DNA of 64,000 nt, taken from Styela clava (taxonomy: Eukaryota). Positions within the stretch are counted from its first letter, which is position 1. Each line of letters opens with the position of its first letter. Location of the stretch: NCBI RefSeq assembly GCF_964204865.1, contig NC_135262.1, positions 15,190,001 through 15,254,000 on the forward strand, written 5' to 3'. The translations under genes were made by a program, and so were the position numbers. This document shows, one piece after another, positions 27,301 to 40,500 of this stretch. The notes under the pieces are model-generated. The model made no database searches. It had not been told where the DNA came from and saw only the letters and a list, made by a program, of their open reading frames with translations.

Positions 27301-30300
27301 TATGGATCGTTTTATTAAATTGTTGCTGTTATTTTTATTCTGTTGTGCTTTTCTCTTTAATTATTTGATCAAATGCTTCTTTCCAATGGTTAAAGATTGT
27401 TGTTGTCGCTAGAAGGCTGTGGCATTTGTTTTTCACTTTATTGTGTGTATTCAGTATTATTGAAAATTGCGCACCGTGTGGCGGTTCCGCGGTCGCATTT
27501 CAGCGATTTAGGGGTCAGCGGATTAGCTACTTGATGACAGGAAAGACTACGGCTAGTGAGAAAGATATGATTCTACTTTGTTTTGGTTTCGTGTCCATAC
27601 ATTTGAGCATTGCTCTCCTGCAATTCAGAATAATAATGGTATTCGGATTAATAAGCAAACCAATCATTCATGTTTTCATAAGTTCTATGTTAAGTTATGA
27701 GACTTTCCAAAAATAATCGAACGAAACTTTTTTCTACGTTAATTGTAATAGCTTCTAAAGTTTCCACACTCAGGTCACAGACAATTAATCAATTTTAATT
27801 TAGAAATACCTTTACTATAACATGGATGAACACTACAATTGTTCTAACATTCCCAATCACCCTGTAATCAGGAAACGGGTTAGTGGAAATGATCAATTAT
27901 GGTTTATGGAGAATTCCAACTCAAGCCATATTTGTTATTATTCGTTCTACGTTGCCGTAAGTTTATTCAACTTTTTATTAAAAGCCTGTGTATTCTAATT
28001 ATGAGCTGGGGTTACGCGAGACTACATACATACCTATGCTTCCTCTATGCCTTCATGCTATAGAGGATCAGTATAGAGCAAGGGTACTTTAGCATGAATA
28101 AACATGACTTTACTACGCAATTCAAGTGCCCTGCTGCACACTAACGTTTTCTGGGACGTTTCGTCTGACGAAAGTCAGACTACCTCAGACAAGCATTTTA
28201 CAGCAAATACATTCTACAGAATTACATTTGTGTTAGTGTGCAGCAGGACTCTTGAATTGCCTGTGTATTGTGTTGCATTATCTCATTCTTTCATTTTTGC
28301 TTTGCGATCGTATATATTCAGACGAAATGTAAACACCGTTCAATATTAAGGGGGTGCAGATCTTTGGCCACTTGTGAAGGGAACACAATGGGAAAGGGAA
28401 AGTTTTTAAAAGCTTTGTTTGGTTTGTAAACGATAATGTGGGCCGGATACATACAAAGTCTTTTTTGAAGATTTAAACCTTTGTTTCGCCGTAAAAACAA
28501 ACATAGTATATATCGCGATGTTTTATATTTTAGGTTTCATATACGACATGAATATATTTTCCACATTTGACGAGTGGGTATGGCAATTTCCAAAATAAAT
28601 CTATTAGTAATGATGGAATTCTATCAAATTAATAAAAAGACTTTACCGCGTCTTTTGAATAGCTGATGATCTGCGCATAAGAACGGTTGATGACAACATC
28701 ACATATTCCTGTACTGTGGCCTTGAAGTAAACATATTGGTTTAGCTTCAACGTATGGATTCCAAATTCTCACAAAATGATCCAGACTACCCGTAACCAAA
28801 ACGTTTAGACTCTTGCTGTAGTCAAAACATTCTACCCCCTGAAATAAATAAATTTCTTTGTAAATGTCAGCTTGTCCAATTAGAATCTAGTTCCGTTAAA
28901 AAAAACAAGTGCAGTGTGACAATGGGTTGTTTTTATATTAGATTTGTGAATGGTCGATCAAGTGATTGATAAACGTATGGATTCGAGTCATTCACGCTAG
29001 TGCAAAATTTTCTATTGTTTATATATATTGTCACAGTTCTGTTTCAACGCTCATAATTTGCGCAAGTTTTAAAATTTTCTTATTTGTTGCAGAAATAAAA
29101 CGAAATCTTTTTCATTTTTAAAAAAGATTGAACAAGGCAAGCGTATAAAGGCATATTATTACCTTATTTACTTTGTAGATATATGTCTTCTTTTTCTTTT
29201 TCAAGTCCATGAGAACCACGGATGTGCTTGACGACACTGATGACGAAATGATGACGTCACCGTCAGCTACGTACATCACTCTTCGAATAACTTCTTCATG
29301 AATATTGGGAATAAACTCATATGTAACATATCGTTTGTGTTCCTTTATATCCTTGAGTGAAAACGGACTTTTATTCAGAAATGATTCTATTGCATTGATT
29401 ATTTGCTTGACTATCCTCCAATAATATTAAGGTACGTAACAATTACAATATAAAAGAATAATACATACTCACATTGAAATATACTCTTTGTGTCCCTTGT
29501 TGCGGACTGAATGGTTTTTCAAAAAGTCTGGATTGCGGGAAATGAAAATGAAGAATATGGACAGATCCAGTGTCATCACCAAATAATAGCATTGAATGTG
29601 AATTTGTTGCATTTTCGGCATACCAGAAATTAACACAGTTGGGAACATCTGGCAACGCTGTTCCAAGAATAGTTTTTAGATGTAAAAAGAGAATTAATTT
29701 GTGCAACCAAAAAGAAGAAGAACTGAATTGCCGATGTAATTTTTTTTAAACCGCATTCGAAATAGTACACTTGAGTTTTAAACACGTAGTTTTTTAATTG
29801 TCGTTTTTAGTTTTTTTTTTTTTTTCTATAAATATTTGATAAATGCTGAGTGGCAACTCAAACACAATAATTATTTGTAAAAGACCTTATTTTATATCCA
29901 CCAATATGGTATTTAAGGCATTTTTACTCAGTGTCTATCAAGCAAGCTGATCGATCGCTAACAGTTACGTAATAGAAAATTATATCAGCATTTCGTCAAA
30001 CCTCAAATGCAATCTCGAGGCAAGGTTTCAATCCACCGCCTTACATATCGGTATCATAAACCGATTGTTTATGCTCAAAATTAGCCTTACCATACAAGCA
30101 GAATTCTGCGTAGTAAGTTGCGGTTGAAGTATCATAAAAATAGATTTCTCGGCTAGTTGTAGTCAGGGCAAATTTTTGTGCGTTTCTCATATAGACTCCA
30201 TCAGTCACCCACGTATGGCAACGACGCCGTGAAACTGCATCGTCAGCGCTGAAATTCGATCCAAGTTTGTAATTCTACAAAAGCAAAACATATTTGTAAA

Positions 30301-33300
30301 TCAAATATATATATCAAAATTTTATGATTAGTTGATTTCAGATATAAATTCAACAAATTCAAATTCAGAGGACACTTTTCCAAAAACTTGTTTCTACGCT
30401 GACGCATAAGAGCTATAGAGCTACAATATTTGATGAGAAAGCAAACCGGCGTAGCGTTTACGAGTGTTTGGGGCGTGAAAACAGTCTTAACTACTATAAC
30501 TGCATAAGATGATCTACGCGCTGGTCTTAAGGTTATCGATGCTATCGTATTCAAAAGCATACAAAATCATATTTAATTTCAGTTTGAGATATTGAGATTT
30601 CAACGATTTCATCATATCATTTAATACCTAGAATTTGAAATTGCCCATAATTTACTGACATTTCGCGTCTTTCGATCCATCCATTTCGCCGCCTCAGTAC
30701 CATAATATACAAACCTTTGTGTCGTAACAATAGAATCATAAAGTATTCTTAGCGTGCCAGTGTTTTTTTTTTCGACTCTCCCGTCAGCAATGTTTTCACT
30801 TTAATTTGAGAGAATGCGACCTTGCTCTGAATTGTTTTAGCACATTAGAGCTCTGGGAAGTTATAAACATTAATAGTATATCATATAAACGATTGTTCTT
30901 TGTGACATATAAATTTGCATTGGAATTACAATTAAAGTACAAACGCACAGAATTTGATACTTACCTTCAACAGACGAAGTTCTGTGTCGTAGACACCAAT
31001 ATCACCCACTTTACTGATATTCACTATTCGGGTTGGATTTTCAACCAACAACATTTTAGTTGTTGTTTCTTGCTGTAAATTAGGATTTGAGAAATTGACG
31101 ACGTTACGTTATAAGGTAACTTTAATTTTAATAAGAAGTATCGCATTTTATATAAACAACTATGAAAATTGGGATAAATATATACCAGTTGAACTGTTGA
31201 ACACGTGCCATATTTTCTTATTCCACCTGGGGGCTGGTCAGAGCAGTTAGTATCTCATTATTAACATAAATTATGTATCTTATATCGCAAAGCATGTAAA
31301 CTATTCTAAGTTGAAGTATGTAAGTGGCACCCAAATTTCCGATTAAATGTATACGGTTACCTTATTATGATAAGCTCGTTTTACTATTGCTTCCGTAGTG
31401 AAGGGTTTCAATTTCGCATTTTGTATATGCTCCAGTTCTCGCATTTGTAAGAGCATATAAGTGCAAAATTCATTCCAATCAACGTATCCATCACAACCCG
31501 TATCAACCTTAAAAGGGAAGATAATTGAACGTGAATTCATTACATATCATGTGTTTTTAAATTCATCGAGTTAAAAAAGGCATCCTTTTCTATATGCAAA
31601 TGCCCAACACAATGTATCCTTTAAAAAAAAGTATATCAACATGACGTAATTGAGACGATATACCGTTACTTTCGCGGTTTTAGTCGCGATGAAACTGGCT
31701 TGGAAAGCTTGAAAAATCTTTTTGAATATGATATTTTCATTTTTGCTCCAATAAAATTAAATATCGTCATTTGTTGGCGACTGCATGTGTCATCAACCCG
31801 TGGCCGCCGTCGGTGGAAGCCAACAGAGTTTGACCGAACGCTCGTGATGATTACAAGCATGACGATTTGTCTTAACAACCGTGCAAATTTTTTTTTTTTA
31901 TTATTGTTTATACCATTAGAAGTTACGGAGTGGTCTGCTACAAACAGGTTTTCTTTTCCGGAAAATGGTTACGTGTTAAATTAGATGGACTGAACTACAT
32001 GTGAACGTGTAACATTAAATATCAACATAAATTCATAACGATTTAGAAAATCTTATTTAAAACAATATCAGAAATAATGAAACATCAACTACATTCTTCC
32101 TGTTCTTTCCTAATTGGTCTAAAACAAAACAATTCTACGCTGCATGTACCTCAATACGTATTCGAAAAACTGAAAATTTCATAAATGGGATTGGAAACAT
32201 CGCAATAAAAGACGTTATATTTACCATTTTTTTCGCACCAAACACTGGTTAATTCTTGTAAAATATGTTCCCTAACCTAAATTCCCGAATGGGTTCATAA
32301 CATAACAATTAAATTAGCCAATTCACGATCAAAATAGTCAATCGCGTCTGGTTTGGCTTCATTTCTATGGTATTAGAAAAAATTAAATTGCGTCAATCGT
32401 TTCAAGTGTCGCTTAAAATTTTGAACTTGCCGAATAACAATAGAATGCGGCGTCGCATCAGTATACGAATCGTTATATATGGTTAGTGTTAACCTGCATG
32501 GCAAAGGTGATTATCTAGTAAGCTAAAAGCAAATTACCCCGCCAACTTTATAGCCGGACAACTAACCTTGTAAAACAACATTTCCATTTGATCATTCCAT
32601 TTTTTTGTTCCCAACATGGATGATATTATTACTTTAAATTCTGCCAAAGTCATCATTCCTGCTTTTTGTCGAACTTTTTCGGAGCTGTCATCTTTACTTT
32701 TTTGCAAAGGTATCCCTGAAATGAAAAAAAATTCAAACTGATTTAGAAATTCATTAATATTTTTTTTTAACGTACATATAGGCGTTTAATTAATATGCAT
32801 ATACATATAATGCTTTCAGGATCAAAAAATTAACAAAAGAAGTAACGTAGCCGTAAGAAATAACTAAACAATTATTTTAACGTCACTTCAAATTAGTTAG
32901 ACACAATGGATCCCAATTACTGGTTGTGTACTCCAGTTGTGTCCTGCATACATAATTTTATCAGTTTCAGTCATTTTTTCAAATGGTAGTCCCCGAAATA
33001 TCGGAAGATAAATGACTTTCTTCTTTTTACTTGCATGATGCCTAGCGTTAAAACAAGTTCCTTTATAAATGTCATTTGGGGAATGAGAAAAAAGTCTGTT
33101 TTCCAATAAAATAAAATTAGAATTGTTGATGATGACAAAGTCTCAGTCTCATGGTGTTTTTTTGAGATAATCCAAAGCAAAAGCCTGCTTTAAAAGTCAG
33201 ATATCTAAAATCCGATACATCGATTGTTCAATGCCAAATATGATCCGTATATAAACTCGGTCTGAACAGCACAATCTATCAGGGGCATACATAGGCCACA

Positions 33301-35538
33301 ATTTTATTAATATAATATTTTTTGTATTTGTCGACTTGTTAATGTGAATGACTAGAGAACCGACTGTATAAATTTACGATGACAGCACATTTCAACCCAC
33401 TTACATTCGCACCCTACATTTGCACCCCTATATCCGCGGGTTCAATCTATATGCGGGTGCTAAAATCCATGGGTAGGGTTACTATGGGTTCAAATTTAGT
33501 AGGTGCAAATTTCCATGGGTGCAATAGTGTGCAGATGCAATTGTCGTGGGTTCAAATTACGGGTTCAAATGTACGTGGGTTCAAATGTAATGGAACCATA
33601 TTTACCTTCATTTTCTTTGCTTTCATTCTGGTCTATACGCATAGGAACATGAGTTTGAAATTGGTGAAGTAATTTATGAAGATGATGCAGTTTTATATGT
33701 TCTTCCAGGCGAATGTGGCTGTCCGAACTATAAATATTTAGCATCAAGTATGAATTATATAAACCTTCCCCAAGAGAGGAAATATGCTGTTTTTGCGGAG
33801 TAATTTAGCTTTGTATTTGCTGTGTTATTACTAATAATATTTCTTTCTTTTATAATTACTATAAAACCTATTTATCCACACATAGACTAAATATATTATC
33901 TGAGCGGTGAATGAAGTGCAATTTGCGCTCACCAATAACTAAAAATTCATTAAAAATCGAACTATTAAGTAGGATTTTATGCAAGACGAGGAAGAGTTCC
34001 AAAGAGTTCCAAAACAAGCGAATGGAAAATTTTATGAAAAGATAATAGCACTGGTTGCGGGAGCCAGTACTGCATACTCAGACAGTGATCAGATGATACA
34101 GTATATAATAAATTGATTTATTGTCTAAAAATTTGAGCGAATAGCAACCCTTCAACATGGTTATATACGTTTATCTTCAAACAGTACCGTTGACTTGTTA
34201 CTAGATTATAATGTCGGTGTAGTAGGTGGTTTATATTCACATTTGTGGTGTAATCTACCTTCTCATCCTGCGTCATTATAACCGATAATTATTACAGAAC
34301 CACAAAGTCACGCGATATTCCTCTAATATTTTTCTCAACCACTGAGAAATATCGTTCGGGACAAAAATCAAAGAAAAATTGTGATTCAAACACTTCTGTC
34401 CTGAACCCATCAAAAAAATAATATGAACCTCGTGTTCAACCAGGAGCTATTGATTCAAACAGCAAATGTGATTATACTTATTGATTTTATGTCCCAATGA
34501 CATGAAGATCATATTTTTTTTCCTATTTAGTTATTGTATAATACAGAAATGTCTTATAGATTAGGATGATTTTCAGGAAAAGACTTATGCCGCAAGAACT
34601 TCATGAGAAGTAATATTAGGCGTGTTATATTAAAGCGACGTCGTTTGAGAGATATGTCATGATGTAAAGTCAACAATGTTGTTCACCTTAGCAACGTACA
34701 AACGAAAGGACTTCTACGCTATCATGTACCACGCTTCGACGGTACCCAATTCGTACTATACGCGTGGATTATTTGACAGTTTAAACATGGATCTAACATA
34801 AAGTTATGTCAACAGTATGAACTAGAAGAAACATACAACTAACTTACATGTACCTGAAAAGTAGACGCATCCCTTGTGCAAATACAGAGCTAATAATGGG
34901 GAGATATGTCCACTCCATGTTTAATATTGGCAATAAAATCTATCTCTACCCTCTACCGACTTCGAAAACAGGATCCAATTTTGTGACGATATAGGGTTCC
35001 ATGAAAAGGGGGAATTGTCCATATATTAACCGAAAGGTCTAAAACTGAACTAAAAGGCCTAATGCTGAAAATACAAGCCCATTCTTCCTATTATTCTGAA
35101 ACCTCATTCGTTGTCCGTCCTTTTGGTGTTAACGAAAAAACAGAAATTTAAAACCAGCACGCGTCCTTTTAATTATGAAGCCACTGGTACAAAATATTGT
35201 TATAATACACAAAAGAATTGTTTAAATAACACTACTTTAATTATATACTGTACCTTTAAATAATGGAAAGACTGGATGCTACTTTGAAAACGTATTTTCA
35301 ATAATAACGGTGCGAATAGATACTTAGGTAGATCTTACTTAACTTAATATTTAGAATATCTGGATTGACTATAAAACAAAGCAAGTAATGTGGTAGTGTA
35401 GAATTAGAATGTATTGAATAATTATTCTCTATGAGAAAAGATAATGATTTCTATGAATTTAACTCACCTTTTAAAACTGTAGTCACTGCTAGAAACATCA
35501 CTCAGACTTGATATCGAAGTATACGAATTTATCTCCAT
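18351..35538 (-). CDS. EF-hand plus WD40-repeat protein, WDY/EFCAB8/WDR49(CFAP337)-like, ~1,150 aa, ~24 exons
   Basis: In-frame GT-AG exons start (minus strand) near 35538, 33727, 32715, 31507, 31073, 30275, 29657, 29351, 28838, 27200, 26971, 26646, 25502, 24486, 24348, 24079, 23666, 22762, 21938, 21766, 21238, 20796, 20408 and 18613; stop at 18351. EF-hand LFYKVDTGCDGYVDWNEFCTYML. WD repeats LVTGSLDHFVRIWNPY, GHSTGI..KDAVIKVWD, VTAADDSTVTVWN, FTGARDGSMKAWN, LATGSYDGTIIVWN, ITGDSEGNVTVWD and VTSSTDKTARLW. The first exon is the least certain. Confidence 0.88.
18958..20243. mobile_element. Non-autonomous hAT transposon, 1286 bp, in the last intron of the WD40 gene
   Basis: TIRs cagtggttctcaaaa...ttttgagaaccactg; perfect 8-bp TSD GGTTAGAA (18950-18957 and 20244-20251); ggggcga and poly-G subterminal tracts. 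Confidence 0.95.
25062..25285. mobile_element. Decayed Tc1/mariner-type MITE
   Basis: Left end cagcgtgacacctcaaatg resembles the reverse complement of the right end catttttggggtcacccttg, which is followed by TA. Confidence 0.5.
28117..28260 (-). ncRNA. Penelope-type minimal hammerhead ribozyme motif (probably mutated) enclosed by 29-bp inverted repeats
   Basis: Minus strand 28188-28155 reads CUGAGGUA-GUCUGAC-UUUC-GUCAGAC-GAAA-CG-UC, with a perfect 7-bp stem II and palindromic ACGU stem III. Arms 28117-28145 and 28232-28260 are 27/29 complementary. Confidence 0.7.
33378..33597. mobile_element. MITE with repeated gggt(t/g)caaat subterminal motifs and 8-bp TSD
   Basis: acatttgcaccc-type repeats on the left face gggttcaaatgt-type repeats on the right; the element ends ggaacc. 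Flanks aaatttac (33370-33377) and atatttac (33598-33605) match 7/8. Confidence 0.75.
34681..34695. promoter_or_regulatory. RFX X-box-like motif in intron 1 of the WD40 gene
   Basis: gttcaccttagcaac has a perfect AGCAAC half-site. The host gene family is cilia/flagella-associated. Confidence 0.4.
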
Positions 35539-36990
35539 AACTTAACTTATGTTTTAAACCCTAACATAAGCTGTTGAAAACCTAAACAGAAGTGACATTC
35601 CCATGAAATACCACCTTTATCGCCGGCGTTCGCTTGACAGAGCGTACATCGATAATAACTTCAAACTTGTTGATACCCACACAGTGTAACTTCAACAGAG
35701 ATATGAAACTAGTCGATCATCGCTTCATACAACCCTATGGTAATGTCGTCATGACTTAGACAAATATACTCGATTGTTATATAAAGCATTGTTCCATCGA
35801 TACTAGTTAGGCTCTTTCACTAAATCTTTTTGGATTGGTCTTTGCTAAGAGCTTGGATGCTAAAAACCTTTTATTCTCAGCTCGTTATATAGATTAAGGG
35901 CCTCTTGAGGGGCATACACAATAATAGACTTCCTCGGTTGAACATAACGCCACGGCGGCCCTTTCTGGAGCGTTATATGGAAGATAGTTTGAAGGCTGAA
36001 TTTAACTTGATTTCAGCACTGCAAGGTCAGTCTCCAGTTTATCCGAACATGAGTAACATGAACATATAACTTAATATCTGAAGCGGGGCTTCTGAACTAT
36101 TTTTACCAAAGATTCGAAACTTTAAAGGGGCCGGTCTTTCCAGAAATTATATTTCGACATCCTGAAACGGCTAATAAAAATTCGTTAATTAATCATGATA
36201 GCACTATCCGAATTGTTTATAATGACGTTACAGTTCTTTTCATATATATTAGTTCATATTTTATAAAACCTTGTACTTTTTTGTTCCCCGTTTTTTGAGA
36301 CAAATTTTGTCCTTTTCTCGATTTTATTGGATTTGACATGATTGTAAAAAATAAGCCAATTAGTTATAATAAAATCACTTTGGCGTGAATGATAACGTAA
36401 CCTAGTTTTCTGCTTATTCACAGCTATTTATAAATCTTTTTAATCGGCCTAGATTAAAAATTTCGTGATTCACTGCGATAGAACGGCAGTGAATTCACTA
36501 TAATTTTCCGGCCAATAATTTGCATTAACTACGCTTGATATTGAGTAATGAAGTAACTGAAATGAAATATTAATTTGTAGCAAATATGACCCTGCGGAAT
36601 AAACTATACTACTGTATCTCTTTAGAAAAGAAAATGATTCGGAAAATTAATTCTTTATAAGGCAGAACACGCTATTTTAGGCGATATGTTTAATGCATAA
36701 AAGCCAGTCTAAAGTCGCATATTTCATTTCAAGTCAGCGAGAATATTAAATTGACTATAAAAATAAAACACGATACGTGGGTACGTACGTAAAGTATGCG
36801 ATGAAATGCGTCGTATTCAAACATGATCTAATTTCAGTTTTCAATTTTTTTAAATTATATATTACAAAATCGAATATGGAACCGGAATTGACGCTGATTT
36901 ATCCAACAATCATTGATTTCATACCATAAATAAGTAACTGTGTGATATCTTTTGTCATGTCAGGTCTTTTCTTCTTTTAATTTTATGTCC

Positions 36991-37128
36991 TCCTACGTTT
37001 GTTAATAAGGAAAACAATTTTTGTCAATCACAAGAGCGAGACGGATAAGATGTAGAGCATCCTACGTTTGTTAATAAGGAGAACAATTTTTGTCAATCAC
37101 AAGAGCGAAACGGATAAGATGTAGAGCA
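36991..37128. repeat. 69-bp tandem duplication (2 copies)
   Basis: tcctacgtttg...gatgtagagca at 36991-37059 and 37060-37128, with 2 mismatches. Confidence 0.95.
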
Positions 37129-37576
37129 TACTTGTCAAGAACATGACAGGGAGATTGCTAATGTGTTTCGCCCTTGGGCGCATCTGTTACTCAAACCATT
37201 CTGTTAACAATTATCTTCTTGATGGTTATGCCGGTGACAGCCACGCAAGGGTACACTGTTAAAAGTAATAAGATAAATTCTCATCAATACAAAAAAAACT
37301 GAAAACATATTTCAAGTTTTCAAATCGCGCCATACACGATACCTTTGTTTTTTTTCAAATCTTGCCAGTTGTTGGCCGTAGATGTATCGTGATACATAGT
37401 TGGTCTGTAATGAACCATGTGAAGCATAATGAGAAAAAAGTAGTATTTTTCTCGTTGAAGCTACGTATGAAAATTTTTGATTGTTAGCCCGGGGTTATGT
37501 TCCTTTTTGATATACTAATGTTACACTGAAACTTTTGCATTCGAATTTGGGTATCGTACATGAACGGAGAGCAAAA

Positions 37577-40500
37577 ATGAAAGTACTCTTGCTTGCTGCT
37601 GCACTTTTATTTTCTTCGGCTTATGCTGATGGTAAGTAACGTGGACGATATATAAGCAAGTACATGTGCTTGAGGGAAGGAATTTTACTTGTCAGCAATT
37701 ACACATATGTAAAAATATTGCTCGTACATGTCTGTCATTTGAATTATTCATGTTAATGGTGGAAATTCATTCTGAATATAAAATATGATTTGCTGAATCT
37801 TTCCAGTCAGAGTAACAAATATTGATGCATTATCAATCTAAACATCGTTTTTTTGTGAAGCAAAATACCCTATTAATTTTTTTAAGAGTGCGATGAGACC
37901 GCCGAATGCAATACTGGAGAAATATGCTACGAATTTGAACCAGCCTTAAAAGAGGGAGTTTGCTCTTGCCCGGGAGGTTATACAGGAGATGAATGCAAAA
38001 CAAGTAAGTAGATTTTTCAAGTCCATAAGTCTTTATTTTTTAAAATCTAGAATTATCGTATCAACCAGCATTTAGTTTTCGCGGATTGGATTCTTCCTAA
38101 TAACATTATTATCAAGTTCATTTACAGCAAATCACCTGCGACTTTAGTATGAACTGTGTTTTTTCTCAACACCTTGACCAAAGATTTCATACCAACTGTA
38201 CTTCTAGTTCTTGGGTATTAATTTAAGTGAGCCCATTCATAATTTTTTTTTGTATTGGTGATTTGCAAATGAACAGTATCTATCAGAAAGAAAACCCTTT
38301 TAATATGAAATAAAATGTATGAATAATGTTGGTAGTATATTAATTGAAGCATTTAGCATCGAATATTGTAACCTTTTGGAATTAATTATCCTATTCTCCC
38401 TAAAATTTTTGCTTTGCAGTCGACGAAAGTAGGTACGTAGACAGCACGTGCCCTTTGCCAAAAACATCAAAATTTCCGTCACTATGTACAGTCATTGATG
38501 GATGCGCTATTGACAATAGTTGCGATTCTGATGAAATTTGTTGCTCAAATGAAAACGGATGTGGTTCTGTATGCAAAAAGAAAGGTATGTAAACAGGGTT
38601 ATTAATGTTTTTTAATCACAGGAAAATGTATCACGAAGCTAGAAAAATTTAGATATTTTCAACCTAGATCTAAAAAAAATTCTTTTAATGTTAATTTTCG
38701 ATATCATTCAAAATATTTATACTGTATTGCAATAATATTTATATAATTGAAACGATTTAATGGGCTTAGTAATTGCTCGACAAAAGAAGCTTGAATGAAT
38801 TTGACAATAATTCATATTTGCAAATTGTCACAAACGATTTAATTATTATTTACATTAATTAAAAAATTTTAATATTCTATAACAAACAACTTAAGTAGAC
38901 AAAGCTTCGTAAGTTGGATTCAATGTATTAAAATAAATAGTGGGTCTATTCTAAACTCCAAACATTCAAATAAAATAGTTAAGTACTGCATAGTGCCAGC
39001 AGATGAACCCTACAATATATTTTAGTAAAGAAAAAGCAGTCTTTAGAAATGATTAACTGAAAGTAGCCTAACATATATAAAGTAAAAATGATTGATAAAA
39101 CAAATATACAATGTATCATTTTTTCTACAAGAGTGACGAAATGCCAATGAAACAGTAAAATATTGTTTTTATATGGTTTAAATCTATTAATCGTGCAATT
39201 ATCGTGCACTATACCTACATAAACGGGATGGTTATGAATACATTAATGAGGTTTCTAAATAGGTATTTTTTTTATTGTTTTTAAGTCAAGATTAATTAGG
39301 GAACACGTTGAAACTGATGTCGTTCGGTACTTGGCGTAGACACCCCAAGGGCAAAACGATTTAGCGACAGTCGCGTACTGGTACTGGGTTCCATTGTAGT
39401 ACAAGTACGTAAATATGTTTGTCCTCGTCCGTTCAAAAAGTAATACAATATAAATAAGGAAGTCTAAGTCAATTCAAAGTGCCATACTGCTACAGGTATA
39501 AGGTGCTACGAGAATTCAATTGTAAAAGATAAAATTTATTTAAAAAATATATTAGTTTTACAGTGACTACATTTACAATTAATTATTCGTAGTATATGTT
39601 AGAAATAACCGCCCAAAACAACGACAAATCCTCGATAAAATGATTTTCTCGTAAGAAGCAAATTCTTGTACAATAAACCGGATATGTTTTTTTGTTTATA
39701 TATTATACAAAACAATTTTACTCTTGAAATTTTTCATCGTAACGGATACCTTGGTACCAGACACCGCCGAGAACATCTTGATACAGAACGCGCATATTCG
39801 AAATTTCTTATCGCATTTTCATCTATGTGAGTCCCGTCCGTGTCAGTCAGACGACATCACTAAATTCGTAAAATGCCTTGAAACTTGAAACCGTTTTTCG
39901 AACTTTTTTCCTTTCGATATGAACAAAAAAGAATACAGATAATAAAATTAGTTATAAACTTAAGGCTCCTTACTTCTAAGAACGAAAAACCAACAGAGTT
40001 ATCTGCGTTTACGTTATCTGTGTTTTGAATCGAAGCATACACTCTATGTGAAACACAGTAAGGGTTTTATATCATGTTCAGGTGTTTTCCTATATCTTAG
40101 ATTTTTTCGATGACGTTGTATTTCCGTTATACTTTTTTTTCATTTTTGGATTTCCAATCCTTTGCAATTAATTCAAGCTTTATTAGCACTCATTGTAAAA
40201 TAATGATCTACTTTGCAGTAGGGTAATAAATAATATTTTTTGTCGTATTTTGTAAATAATGTTTGGTATCTTCAAAAATTCAAATCATATAAATTAAATA
40301 AGAAGTCACACAATTTAACACAGAACTCAAACGTTCTAACTAACTCAATTTTAATTGTTCTTGCCTAGATTGTTCCGTTGAAGCCAACAAAAAGTCGTGC
40401 ACAGACCAGAATAAATTGTGCATAAATGACGCGGATGATGGATTCAGATGTGCTTGTGCATCCGGATACGCGGGCGATGATTGTAAAGATAGTAAGTTGA

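Noticed and set aside
33385-33597. Short repeats with variable spacers, superficially CRISPR-like
   Set aside because: Repeats are ~11 bp, flip orientation, and sit within a TSD-flanked MITE in a eukaryotic intron.
35640-35725. gaaactagtc, resembling a hammerhead 3' half
   Set aside because: No CUGANGA core at a suitable position upstream.
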